Shown piece by piece: positions 36,200 to 47,930 of a stretch of DNA of 64,000 nucleotides; positions within the stretch are counted from its first letter, which is position 1; each line of letters begins with the position of its first letter. This DNA comes from Selaginella moellendorffii (taxonomy: Eukaryota; Plantae; Lycopodiophyta). A program made the translations under genes and the position numbers. The stretch covers positions 5,082,389 to 5,146,388 of the forward strand of contig NW_003314262.1 in the NCBI RefSeq assembly GCF_000143415.4. Reading direction: 5' to 3'. Below the pieces are notes generated by a model. It was not told the DNA's origin. It saw only the letters and a program-made list of their open reading frames with translations, and searched no databases.

Positions 36200-37428
36200 T
36201 CAGAGCTCGGAGCACGTCGCTGGCGCAAACGAGATGGTGGAACCCGGGTTGTCGAAAAGAATGTGATAGTCGCGTTGCATCAGACTGCCAATGACGCTCA
36301 CATCTCCCGGATCACGCATCGCAGTGGCCACACAAGCCCAGCCGGATCCATTCGACAAGATGTAGTTCTTTTGGCTGAGAACCATCCGAGCGCTCTCAGG
36401 GTGGAGCTCCATGGATGGAAACTTGTAGCTCGGATCCAGCGCCGTGCTGTAGCACAGCTCCAAGTTCTAGGCAGCGAGACCTGAGGATAGAAGGCATTCT
36501 GGTAATGGAGATCGGAAGATACGTGGAAAGAGTGGCCGAGTCGAACATCACGGCATGGCCACCATCCCCCCCGAGCTCACAGCGTCAGAGTCGTTTCGAG
36601 CGATGGCGATGACGCTGAATCCAACCGTGATCGCGCGGAGCTCGGCGAAGTAGTAGTGCCCATGGCCGGGGCTCGACAGCATTGGAATCGTCTGGACGCC
36701 CTCGCCGGGGATGCGAGCACGGCCCAGGAAGAGCATAGACGAGAGACAGTAGGAGAACTTGTTCTCCGTGATCTCGGAGTAGTACGAGTGGCGGGAATTG
36801 TGAGCTGCGACACCAGCGAGAGCGCGCCTCGCCCCAGCCCGATCACTCCCGAGAGACCTTCGGTTTTTCTCTCGCAGCCAAAGAGGGTGTCGGGGACGGG
36901 GATCCTTTCCGTCCAGCGACCTCTGGCGTAAACGAGGGTGACGGTCTCGGTGGCGAGGCGGCCACCGCGCCCGGCGTGGCCGATCGCGCTGGAGGGATAG
37001 TAGATGCAAGTGTTGCTGCCATCGGAGCAATGAGAAGGCGTGAGGCGGCAGCGCGAGTCACTGCAGCTTACGTTCTTGAAGCTGGAAGATCGTTCCTCGA
37101 CCTGCGCCCACACGAGATCCAGCGCCGTGTCGATGATCGCTAGGATCTCTTGCTCGGGCGTTCCGAGGTGGAAGATCGTCCAGCAGCTTTCGTCCCAGGT
37201 GGACAGGGAGAAATTGGCAGGGCGCGAGCTCGAGGAGGATGATGATGATGATGATGATGATGATCCGGACAAGAACTTGACGCGCGAGTGGCTGCTCTGG
37301 ATGGACGATGCCAATTCCCGAGATGGTCGCTTGCGTAGCTCGACTCGGATGCCTTCGATCGAGTCTAGGCGAGCAGCAGCGACGAGGAAGAGTGCTGTGG
37401 AAGTGATCGTCAAAACAGGGGACACCAT
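36200..37428 (-). pseudogene. A1-family (nepenthesin/CDR1-like) aspartic protease, frameshifted
   Basis: Signal peptide, LGTPEQEILAIIDTALDLVW, GVIGLGRGALSLVSQL, KFSYCL, FDSAT, VIGSLMQRDYHILFD..ISFAPATC. The motifs lie in changing frames (three shifts near 36790, 36550 and 36480). Confidence 0.8.
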
Positions 37429-37739
37429 TTGGGATGTGTTCTTGGATCCGGAGAGCTCTTCCAAGAGAGATCGTTGATCAAAATTCTCGACTTCTACGCG
37501 CAATTTCCTTGATATATAGCATGGATTCGTCGTGTGAGCATGCCAAGAATATGCATTCGCTAAGGACAACGCATTTTTGCCTTGAGTTGCAAAGATTCCT
37601 CTGCTGTGAGATCGATTCTAGGAATCCGCAGTGGCGGAATTTCTTTCCCGCTCTAAAACCCTAGCTAGTGATTCGCGCCATCTCTCAAGCCCTAACCAGT
37701 GAGGGAGAAGGGGGAATATCCCCTTCTCCCAATCTCCGT

Positions 37740-39416
37740 ATGAGCCTAGCTAGAAGGGCAAGATCGGTGGTCACTTCCTTCGTCTATACCCTAGGGTTCT
37801 CGGTGGCGATCGATCAGCTCCTGTGCGGGCGCGTCCAGGTCGATAAGGCCGATCTCCTCTACCTCATCAAGCAATGCGGCTACGAGCGCGCGCTGGGCAG
37901 CGGCCAGCGCCTCGCCGCCTACATCGATCGCGGCCTCTACCGCAGCGACCGGTACGTGCTCAATCTCCTGGTGGACATGTATGGCAAGTGCTGCCAGATC
38001 CGCGACGCGCGCCTCGTCTTCGATCGCATCGCGCCCAAGAACGAGTTCTCCTGGACCCAGATCGTCAAGGCGTATGCCCACAATGGGCATTTGCTCGAGG
38101 CCATACTGTTCTTCCGCAAGTCCCTCCTGGAAGGCATGGATCCCTCCGACTACGCTTGCAGCATCGTTATCGGCGTGTGCTGCAGCCTGGGATCGCTCCA
38201 GGATGGGCGATTCGTGCACGCGGTGGTGAGAGATCGAGGCTACGAATCCGATCCCCACGTCGCGGCGGGATTGATCCACATGTATAGCAGCTGTGGATGC
38301 ATGGACGAGGCGAGCACAGCCTTCCGGAGGACGAGCCACCGGGATCGATTCATCTACACGGCGATGATCGGTGGATTCGCGCAGGCCGGGCAGTGCCGCG
38401 AGGCGGTCGTCCTCTTCCGGGAGATGGATCTGGATGGGATCACCGGCGACAACATCACGTTCGTGAGCGCGATCGGGGCTTTCCAGGACTTGGGCGATCC
38501 GCGGCAGTGCCGGGCGATCCACGAGTGCGCTGCGCAGGCCGGGGTGGAGTCGGACTGCCTCGTCCAGACGGCGCTGCTCAACATGTACTCGCAGTGTGGA
38601 TTCGCGGAGGAGGCGCTCCAGGTCTTCGGGGAGATGGCGGAGAGAGACAGGGTGGCGTGGAGCTCCACCATCGCGGCGTGCGCTCGCCACGGCTATGGAC
38701 GCCAGGCCATGGAGCTCTTCCGCCGGATGGAGCTCGAGGGGATCAAGCCCGACATCGTGGTGCTCTCCAGCCTCCTGGACGCGTGCTCCAGCGTCGAGGC
38801 GCTGGCCGAGGGGGCGATGATCCACGCCAGGATCATCGCCGGGGGCTTCCACCGCGACCGCATCCTCGACGCCGCCATCCTCAACATGTACGCCAAGTGT
38901 GGCAGCGCCGCCAGCGCCAGGCGCGCCTTCGACGAGCAGTCCCCGGACGATCCAGTCTCGTGGAACGTGATGATCGGGGCGTGCGCAAAGGCGGGCCTGG
39001 ATCTCGAGGCGATCGAGAGCTACCGGCAGATGCAAGCGCTCGGGATAGATCCCACGCCCGTCACCTTCATCACTGTTCTAGCGGCGTGCAGCCACTCCGG
39101 CTTCCTGGCCGAGGCCAGGATCCAGTTCCTGTCGATGATCCAGGACTTTGGGATCGCTCCCGACGTGGATTGCTACTGCTGCCTGGTGGATCTGCTGGCC
39201 AGGACGGGGGATCTGGAGGCCGGGGAGGAGCTCATGCTCAGCATGCCGTTTGAGCCGTTTGAGGCCGGGTGGACGAGCTTGCTGAGCGCTTGCGGCGTCC
39301 ATGGTGATCGAGGCCGAGCCACGCGTATCGCTGGAGCTGGAGCGAGCATCGCCCCCGAGACGTCTGCGCATTACGTGCTCCTCTCCAACATGAAGAGGGA
39401 GGAAGAATGTCTATAA
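37740..39416 (+). CDS. PLS-class PPR protein with E domain, no DYW; intronless
   Basis: Repeated LVDMYGKC / LLNMYSQCG / VSWNVMIGAC motifs, TFITVLAACSHSG, YCCLVDLLARTG, MPFEP..WTSLLSAC, HYVLLSN then stop. Confidence 0.92.
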   Translation: MSLARRARSVVTSFVYTLGFSVAIDQLLCGRVQVDKADLLYLIKQCGYERALGSGQRLAAYIDRGLYRSDRYVLNLLVDMYGKCCQIRDARLVFDRIAPKNEFSWTQIVKAYAHNGHLLEAILFFRKSLLEGMDPSDYACSIVIGVCCSLGSLQDGRFVHAVVRDRGYESDPHVAAGLIHMYSSCGCMDEASTAFRRTSHRDRFIYTAMIGGFAQAGQCREAVVLFREMDLDGITGDNITFVSAIGAFQDLGDPRQCRAIHECAAQAGVESDCLVQTALLNMYSQCGFAEEALQVFGEMAERDRVAWSSTIAACARHGYGRQAMELFRRMELEGIKPDIVVLSSLLDACSSVEALAEGAMIHARIIAGGFHRDRILDAAILNMYAKCGSAASARRAFDEQSPDDPVSWNVMIGACAKAGLDLEAIESYRQMQALGIDPTPVTFITVLAACSHSGFLAEARIQFLSMIQDFGIAPDVDCYCCLVDLLARTGDLEAGEELMLSMPFEPFEAGWTSLLSACGVHGDRGRATRIAGAGASIAPETSAHYVLLSNMKREEECL

Positions 39417-39417
39417 T

Positions 39418-39610
39418 CTATGCTACTCTCTCCCAAAACAAAAGAGTTCCAATCCCAAGAAGTGTTGTTCTTCCAAGTCTTCCACGTTTGAGTTTGTTTG
39501 ACTTGAAATGCTGCTTGGACTTTTTCTTCTTGGACTTCAAGGTGGTGGTCACTATTTTATTTTTCCCATGGTTTAGCCTTGAGATTAGACTTGTTAGAAA
39601 GTGGTAGAGT
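39418..39610 (-). CDS. Putative exon of a small Lys-rich protein (paralog of 42263-42586)
   Basis: Open frame LTSLISRLNHGKNKIV..KSKKKKSKQHFKSNK..TTLLGIGTLLFWERVA*. No in-frame ATG; possible acceptor ttgttatag near 39612. Confidence 0.45.
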
Positions 39611-39775
39611 CCTATAACAACACTAATACAGTGTTAAAATTATACGAAGCGAGCTCGAGAGAGAAAAAAATATATCTTTGCCTGAAGTCAGCCTAGCGTC
39701 TAGCCCAGATGTGTAGAAATGTGAGCAGTGATTCTATAGCGCAAAAGGGCATCGATCGATCATTCTTCCAATCCG

Positions 39776-39879
39776 ATGAAGGTACCGGCTTTGCTCCTCT
39801 CTGCCGGCGGCAATTCCACCACGAATGTGCTGCTGGTCGGGACAATCTTCCTCCTCGCCTCCCTGCTCGTCATCCTCGG

Positions 39880-39910
<31 letters not shown>

Positions 39911-41375
39911 GTCGAATTCGTGATGCCCATCACACAGTCCTGCGAGAATTCGTCGTCCAACTTGTCAGTGTCCACGAATTTCGGCCCAGCTGCGGCGATT
40001 GATCCAATTCCTGCGCCAGAGGAGCAGGGGACCGGGATACACTCCACCGTCCGGCATCTCCATCCATTCGGCATCGCCTCCTACACATTCGTCCTCACCG
40101 GCGGCTATAGAACCCAGCGCAGATCCTTCGCGGTCGTGGGCCTCGCCGCCAAGTCTCTACACGTCTTTGGCAAGCCCAATTTCGCGTGCGAATGGGTGCC
40201 CGACTCCACCACCTCGGACTCTCCTTCCATCTTTGGCAGCGCAAGAAAAATCTTGCCCGACTGGGGCTATGGCCGCGTCTACACCGTGGTAGTCGTCCAC
40301 TGCTACTTCAAATCCTCCGTGGGCGAGGACGGCAGCGGCGGGCGATTGATCCTCCATGCCGGCGAGAAGGGATCTCCCTCGCCGCCCTCCAAGATCACCG
40401 CTCTCGTGGAAGCACCCGGATCATACTCTCCCTCCCAGTTCCTCCCAAAGTACGACTACCTCTACTGCGGCTCCTCGCTGTTTGGCGACGTCAATCCACA
40501 GCGGCTTCGCGAGTGGATCGCATACCACGCCTGGCTGTTCGGACCGAGATCGCATTTCGTGCTCCACGACGCCGGCGGCGCGCGATCCAAGGGCGTGAGA
40601 TTGGTGCTGGAGCCTTGGGTCCGATCGGGGCGAGTGACCGTCCAGGATTTTCGCGAGCAAGCGCGCTTCGATGGCTACTACCATAACCAGTTCCTGGTCG
40701 TGAACGATTGCTTGTTTCGCTACAAGCACGCCGCCAATTGGACCTTCTTCTTCGACGTGGACGAGTACGTACACGTTCCCGGCCCATCCACGTTGGATTC
40801 CGTGCTGAACGAGCTTGGCCAAAAGTACTCTCAGATCATCTTTAAGCAGACCCCCATGGGCCACAATGTGTGCATCGACAGCAATCGTACGAACTTATCT
40901 AGGTGACTCTCTCTCTTTCTGTGTGTGTGTGTGTGTGTGTGTGATTGTTTAGAGCTAGAGTTCCTTTTAGATTGCCTTGGTGTTTCTTCTATATCTTACG
41001 GTCGCTTGATCTTCTTCTTCCAGGCAATGGGGATTTGAGAAGCTGGTTTTCATCAACGTCAACGTCCAAAAAACGTTGCATCTCGAGCGAAAGTACGTGT
41101 TGCGAGCGCCACTGGCAGATTCCGCAGGAGTCCATCTCTCGCAGAATTTAAGAGGGAAGAGCATCTACTCGAAAGACCACATTTCTTACTACCACTTCCA
41201 CAACACCATCAGCGAACACCAGGAGAATTGCCGAGAGTTTGTCAAGGTTCCCAAGCACAAGACCTCCAAAGTGTGGCTCAACAAAGTCCCGTACCTTTAC
41301 GACGATAGATTGAGCTCTTTGGCTGATAAGGTGAAGGAGTTTGAGCTACAAACCATTGGTCCAGTAACACTGTAG
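39776..41375 (+). CDS. GALS: Galactan beta-1,4-galactosyltransferase (GT92/DUF23), copy 1
   Basis: N-terminal TM, KILPDWGYGRVYTVVVV, YDYLYCGSSLFG, REWIAYHAWLFGPRSHFVLHDAGG, FDGYYHNQFLVVNDCL, FFDVDEY, intron 40903-41023, QWGFEKLVF. Confidence 0.94.
40907..40943. repeat. (CT)n/(GT)n microsatellite in the GALS copy 1 intron
   Basis: Seen directly; the GT run is absent from the copy 2 intron. Confidence 0.85.
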
Positions 41376-41689
41376 AGAAAAAAGATTAAACAGGTCAGAG
41401 CCATTCTTTGTAAAGAACTAGAAACTTATATGATACCCGAGGCATACAGGATTTCCAACTGACAGAATGTTTATTGCTGATCAAATGCGTGCACGTACAT
41501 GGCATTTTCCTGTAGGAAGCAAATTAACTTCACAACACTGACTGGATTTGCCGCTATGGAGCCGTGGTTAAACTAGAATATAAAAAGGGATTTAGTACCT
41601 GTTAAGGAGGGAGATCTTGGTTCTCCTCTATCAGAGCAAGTGTTGTCCTGGAAAGCTGAAGATCGGGTGGATATGGTGAAAAGAGTAGA

Positions 41690-41835
41690 TAAGAACATCA
41701 TCATGCGATTCGGCTGCCACCTTGAGTTCGTGAGCGATTTAGGTACGCAGTTTATTAATACGGTTATTGCAGACACCGTATCCTCCTTAGCAAATTGCGA
41801 AGTTGAGCGGACAAACAAGACGCTATATGCACTAT
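41690..41835 (+). mobile_element. Small Ty3/Gypsy integrase fragment
   Basis: NIIMRFGCHLEFVSDLGTQFIN...ANCEVERTNKTL resembles the rve core (D..E) with an internal deletion. Confidence 0.6.
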
Positions 41836-41984
41836 GACTAAGATTTGCAACGCTGGGACTTGAAACACTAGCGGTGCAAATCTTAGTCAGAGTGTCACAT
41901 AGTCTCTTGTTTGCCACTCAACTATTGTGCAGAGAGTCGATGAGTTGGGCATGAGAGCTGCCTCTACCTCAATCAGGCAGCCAA

Positions 41985-42290
41985 AGTCTTCAGGGAGACT
42001 CGCCACAGCTTCCTGCCATGGACCTATTCTGTCAGATGGAGCTCGCTTGACATCGTAGTCCTCTTGAATGGAAAGGTCATCTCGATCGCCTCTAGATCCA
42101 GGCCCGCCTCTACTAAAGCGCAGATCACCACATTCCAAGAGACTGGACTTCTAGTCAACAATGGTGTCAAAGGATTCAATTGTGGTGGAAGCGGTGATGA
42201 TGATTATCGCCCTCTCGACTAGAGCCTCGATGCTGATGCAAGCTCTCGGGATAGATCCCACGCTATGTAGTTGTTCTAGCACTGCTGCCG
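41985..42290. pseudogene. Eroded and partly inverted remnants of the PPR gene at 37740-39416
   Basis: 42235-42263 matches 39029-39057 (1 mismatch). Minus strand 42078-42147 matches ~38952-39020. Short blocks in 41985-42065 match ~38620-38770. Confidence 0.75.
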
Positions 42291-42586
42291 CTGGCCATAT
42301 TTTGAGTTTGTAACTTATAAGCAAAAGGCAAGATTGAACCTTTCGTTTTATATTTCTCAAATATTAAACCAGAGAAGGAGCCGAGAACTCCAATCCAAAG
42401 GAATATTGTTGTTGCTAAGTCTTCACCCACGCCTTGAGCTTTTCTCGACTTGAACTTCTGGGACTTTAGGCTTTGGATCTTCTTCTTCTTCGCCACCATT
42501 TCTTCCAAGTAGTTCATGATTTTGTTCTTCCCATTTTCAACGCCTCTCCATGATCTGCTCAGCAGTGAAGTTAGATCCATGTCCAT
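42263..42586 (-). CDS. Putative small Lys-rich protein with hydrophobic segment (107 aa)
   Basis: ATG-initiated ORF. Amino-acid conservation through synonymous codon changes relative to 39418-39610. Confidence 0.5.
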   Translation of the reverse strand: MDMDLTSLLSRSWRGVENGKNKIMNYLEEMVAKKKKIQSLKSQKFKSRKAQGVGEDLATTIFLWIGVLGSFSGLIFEKYKTKGSILPFAYKLQTQNMASGSSARTTT

Positions 42587-43160
42587 GATCTGCCGGGGAG
42601 TGTAAGTTTGTGTCCTGACGTGAAAAGGATACCATTATACGTGAAAAGGAAACTATTATAATAACCGCTAATGTGGATTCCATGCTTGCAAGACGCATTC
42701 CAACTTACAAAACCTCGACTTTACTTTCATTTGAAGCGGCGAGGACCGAAAAACTCGAAAAAATCTGAAAACGATTAATTAAAACAATGGCTTTGCGAGT
42801 AAGTATATAAAATTGAGAAAAGCGTCCGAGAGAATCGCCAAAAGCACCACACCAGTGGTGGGATGGAATTGAAGCACTAGCAACCACGATAACGATATGA
42901 CCTCGTCCGTACGAGACGGCGGGTGTGCCGTACGCCTCACAATGGGCCACGCGAACGAGAGAAATAGAAGAGAAAAGAAGCTATCTATTTCTATGCCGTA
43001 AGTCAGAAGGCGTCTGCGAGGAGCCCAGCCGTGTAGAAATGTGAGAATCGACCACTACAGCGCAAAAGGGCATTGATCGATCGTTCTCCCAATCCAGAAT
43101 TCTCAAGAATTCCATTCCATGCCACATTCCAGAATCGGATCGATCGATCCAGCTTTCCAG

Positions 43161-44843
43161 ATGAAGGCACCGGTTGCAGCGCCGGGTCTGCTCCTCCTCC
43201 ACGCCTCCGCCAGCGGCAAATCCACCGCGAATGTGCTGCTGGTCGGGACAATCTTCCTCGTTGCCTCCCTGCTCGTCATCCTCGGATCCTTCACGACCAA
43301 GAGCAGCGGCAGCAGCAGCAGCAGCGTCGAATTCGTGATGCCCGTCACGCAGTCCTGCGAGAAATCGTCGCCCAGCTCGTCAATGTCCAAGAATTTCGTC
43401 CCCGCTGAGGCAATTGATCCAATTCTTGCGCTCGAAGAACAGGGGACCGGGATACACTCCAATGTCCGCCATCTCCATCCAATCGGCGTCGCCGCCCACA
43501 CATTCGTCCTCACTGGAGGCTATAGAACAGAGAAGAGGTCCTTCGCGGTCGTGGGCCTCGCCTCCAAGCCCCTCCACGTCTTTGGCAAGCCCGAGTTCTC
43601 GTGTGAATGGGTGCCCACCACCTCGGCCTCCCAGCCCACCTCGGACTCTCCTTCTTCTTCTTCCATCTTTGGCCGCGCAAAGAGAATCTTGCCCGACTGG
43701 GGCTATGGCCGCGTCTACACCGTGGTAGTCGTCCACTGCTACTTCAAGTCCTCCGTGGGCGAGAACGGCAGCGGCGGGCGATTGATCCTCCATGCCGGCG
43801 AGAAGGGATCCGCCACGCCGCCCTCCAAGATCACCGCGCTTGTGGAAGCGCCCGGATCATACTCTCCCTCCCAGTTCCTCCCAAAGTACGACTACCTCTA
43901 CTGCGGCTCCTCGCTGTTTGGCGACATCAATCCACAGCGGCTGCGCGAGTGGATCGCGTACCACGCCTGGCTGTTCGGACCAAGATCGCATTTCGTGCTC
44001 CACGACGTCGGCGGCGCGCGATCCAAGGGAGTGAGATCAGTGCTGGAGCCTTGGATCCGATCCGGGCGAGTGACCGTCCAGGATTTTCGCGAGCAAGCGC
44101 GGTTCGATGGCTACTACTATAACCAGTTCCTGGTCGTGAACGATTGCTTGTTTCGCTACAAGCACGCCGCCAATTGGACCTTCTTCTTCGACGTGGACGA
44201 GTACGTAAACGTTCCCGGCCCATCCACGCTAGATTCCGTGCTGGACGAGCTTGGCCAGAACTACTCGCAGATCATGTTTGAGCAGAACCTCATGGGCCAC
44301 AATGTGTGTGTAAATAGCAATCGTACGGACAGATCCAGGTGAGAACCTCTCTCCCTCTCATCGCAGAAAAAATTCGTAGAAAGATCGTCTCTCTGGTCGT
44401 AGACGTAGAAAGATCGTTTAGAGCTTTCAAGTTTCCAGAGTTCTCTTTGATCCTAGATCGTCCTTCAAGTTCTTACGATCGCTTGATCTTCTTCCAGGCA
44501 ATGGGGATTCGAGAAGCTTGTTTTCATCAACGTCCAAAAATCGGTGCGTCTCGATCGAAAGTACGTGCTGCGAGCGCCGCTGGCGGATTCAGCAGGAGTC
44601 CATCTCTCGGAGAACGTAAGAGGGAAGAGCCTCTACTCGAGAGGCCAGATTTCCTACTTCCACTTCCACAACACCATCACCGAGCACCAGGAAAATTGCC
44701 GAGAGTTTGTCAAGGTTCCCAAGAACAGGACCTCCAAAGTGTGGCTCAACAAAGTCCCGTACCTATACGACGATAAATTGAGCACCTTGGCTGATGAGGT
44801 GAAACAGTTTGAGCTCCAAACCATCGGTCCAGTTACACTGTAG
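43161..44843 (+). CDS. GALS: Galactan beta-1,4-galactosyltransferase (GT92/DUF23), copy 2
   Basis: Same motifs as copy 1 and highly similar to it; intron 44339-44497 at the same position. Confidence 0.94.
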
Positions 44844-45507
44844 AGAAAGAAGATTAGACACATTCTTTGTAGAGAACTAAAAACTTGTATAGTATTTTGT
44901 GATACCGCGGCAGGAATCAGGATACATCCAGGATTTCCAGCTGATAGAATGTTTAGTGCTGATCAAATGCGTACATAGAAACGAAAGCTTACGTTCCACG
45001 ACGAAACCAGCTGTTGCATCCAGCCTTTCAAGCTGACGTTTCAGATGTCCTGTAAGTCTCAAAGGAAAAGAAAAAAGGAAAAGATTGAAAGTGAATACTA
45101 ACTTGAGCAGTGTAGACTGCGCGTCGGTTGGATCCAATGCAAAATTGACAGACGCCGACGAGTGTGAGAAAATTTTGGCCTGTTTCTTCGTACCAGAGGC
45201 CCGCGTGTGTTAGAACAAACTTATAAAAATCTGGTGGTCACCTTGCAGAAGTTGACAAACTTGGATGTTGACGCAGAAACCGCAACGCTGCCTCGCGTTG
45301 CCAGTGAACACGGGCACAAGAAAGAATTTCTGTTTGAATCACTTCTGTTGGTAACAATAATCATAATATCACACAAAAAATATATGATTCAACTAACTTG
45401 CTCAGAGAGATGTGCCTGCACAGAGGAAGAACAAGATCAGTCGCAAATATCACGTTTTTTTTCTCTCTCTCTTTACCGTCAAGCTATGAGATCAGAGATG
45501 GTTTTGG

Positions 45508-46793
45508 TCAATCGAGACGTCGCAGAAGGTATTCGACTTGGACGTCCTTTGTCAAAGGCATCACCCAATCTCCGTAGAGGCGAGCAACGAGCTTGGGTTC
45601 TACTTTGTAAAGTGGAGTCGGCTTGGTTCCATTTGCGTCAATCTCTTGCCCGTAAGTTCTTGCTTTGTGCTCCACGCGCTTTTGCACGCTCGCCTCTACG
45701 CTCTCAAACGTGACCAGCTTCATTAATTCTTGCGGGTCCTGGTGAGAGAAAGGCTAGAAGTCAAGACACGTCTTGAAAGAAACTGTAAACACCTGTGCTC
45801 GGATATGAGGTTCGAATAGATGTGGTGACTCACGAAACTTGGCCTCGGCAACGAACTTCCCGTAGTGTATTCTCTTCGAGAGGGCCTGAAAAGGAAAAAG
45901 AAAAGAAAAGGTCGTTGAAGGAAATCTCGACTTTGTGCCGCGAAAGTACAAACCTGGAGACACTTCACGTCACAGACCGCTGTTGAGCCATAATTGCCAT
46001 CATCCCCGTCAGATACAAAGGAAGGCAGCAAGTTGCTATAGTACATTTTCCAGATCCTGGTGTTAATGTTGACGGCTTTGGCCGCTTGATGGAGCACCTG
46101 CACAAAAACAAGCTTTCATTGCTTGGATCCCAGATATGGCCCATGTCTCACACCTTGGGATACTCGAGTGGAGGAAGTATAGGCTCCGGCAAATCATCTG
46201 GGAAAAAAGCGTGTTCATCAGGGGCGCAGTATCTTCGAACCTGCCAAACGAAAAAGAAAGAAGACTTCACAAAGTTATCTCATGGTGATCATAAAAGAAA
46301 CGAATAGACAAAGAGAGAAACAAAGAGAAGACAAAAAGCTTGCCTTGGCATGGAGGCACTCGGTTTCTTTGAGCATGAACTCCACCAGTGAGCCATCAAA
46401 GCCAGGAATGCGAAACCTGTTAGGATCATACGTCCGCGTATTCATCTTGTACTGCGCTCGCTCGATCAAGCTAAAGATAATATTATCCTCTTGTTGGATC
46501 AACGAGTCCCGGATGGCATCCAGGGTCAAATTCTCGCTCTCGTCCTTGACACCACCTTCCACGATCCTAAAACACTCCATTATCACTCGAAAACTAGGAG
46601 CGCGAGGCACATACCCGAGAGAAGCGCTGGCCCTGGGATGGATGAGCGAAATCAGTGGCGCGCACTGCCGCATTGTCCTCCCGAAGCTCGCTCTGGCTGG
46701 AATTTCGATTCTCTGGCGAGGCGCGACGAATCCAGCTCTGGCGCTCGGCGGCGACCTAGAGAGGAGTCCCTGTTGAGCCATAGAAAGATCCAA
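45508..46793 (-). CDS. CM: Chorismate mutase (AroQ eukaryotic type) with probable plastid transit peptide, multi-exon
   Basis: [45 protein letters not shown]|[39 protein letters not shown]. Confidence 0.95.
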
Positions 46794-47014
46794 GTGAGAA
46801 AAAACCTAGCCGCGCTTTCGCTCTCTATTCCAACCAGTCAAACGAAACTCCAAGAAGAAAACTTGCCACGTTTTATTACGAGGAAGATGAAGACCAAAAG
46901 TAAATCTGGAGAGAACCAAAGGGTCCCGGATTAAAGGCACAGACCTCAAAAAGTTCTTCCCTCTTGTTCTTCTTACACGTAGAGACCATGATGTGTCGAT
47001 GGAACAATTTACTT

Positions 47015-47824
47015 CTAGCCTCGCGACTGCCCAGCTCGGGATGAAAGAATGATCCCCACGATCAATCCGTAGAGAGCCAGCGCCTCGGCGAAGATGAGGA
47101 TCAAGATCATGCCCACGAAGAGCTTTGGCTGTTGAGCGTTGGCCCTGTGAAAACGATGGAAAGTGAGAAAGCCAGAGAAGAAAACAGAGTGGAGTTTCCA
47201 GCAGGGAAATCTTGTGAGGACCAAGCTCGCGATCTTCAAATGATTCGAAGATCATTGAGCCCAGTCCAGAGATCGCTCTGGCTTATAGTTTAGTTGAGCT
47301 AAAGCTGGAGATAGTCAGCAGACACTCGACCGTCTACAAGCGTGAACTATTCGAAGCAGCAAAACGAAGAAAGAGTTTGGAAACTTGACCTCACTCCAGC
47401 GTCTCCAACAATTCCAATCGCCATCCCAGCCGAGAGGCCAGCAAGCCCGCAAGCCAATCCGGAAGAGAGATGCGCGTAGCCATCGAAGAGGTAGTAGGAT
47501 TTCGCCTTGGGATTGATCCCAGTGCTGATAATCACCGCGATGATAAGGCCGTAGATGCCGAGAACTCCAGCCATCACCACCGGGACGATCGATTTCATCA
47601 CGAGCTCCGGTCTCATGACGCCCATGGACGCCACGCCCACGCCGCTCTTGGCAGTGCCATAGGCAGCTCCCATGCCTGTAATCGATTGATCCATCGCATT
47701 GCGATTAGATCAAAGAGGAAAAAGAATCTGGCTTACAAGAGAAGACGAGAGCTGCGGCAGCGCCGATGAATCCAAAGAAGGGCGCCGTCTCATCGCCACT
47801 GAAGGCGTCCATGCCCGACGACAT
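47015..47824 (-). CDS. VHA-c: V-type H+-ATPase 16 kDa proteolipid subunit c, 3 exons
   Basis: [105 protein letters not shown]. Confidence 0.97.
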
Positions 47825-47930
47825 TATTGCGAGCACGAAACCCTAGCTCGCATAAACCCTAATTTCTCCTATATCAAAATCTTTCCAAATTTTCGCGCCC
47901 AAATGGCTTAGCTAGGGTTCTTGTTGGCTC
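47825..47930. promoter_or_regulatory. Putative compact bidirectional promoter/5'UTR with telo-boxes
   Basis: 106 bp between divergent ATGs; AAACCCTA at ~47838 and ~47854, TAGGGTT at ~47913. Confidence 0.55.

Noticed and set aside
37791-39253. Long antisense (414 aa) and alternate-frame (318 aa) ORFs over the PPR gene
   Set aside because: Expected shadow ORFs of high-GC3 coding sequence. The same applies to ORFs overlapping GAE and GALS.
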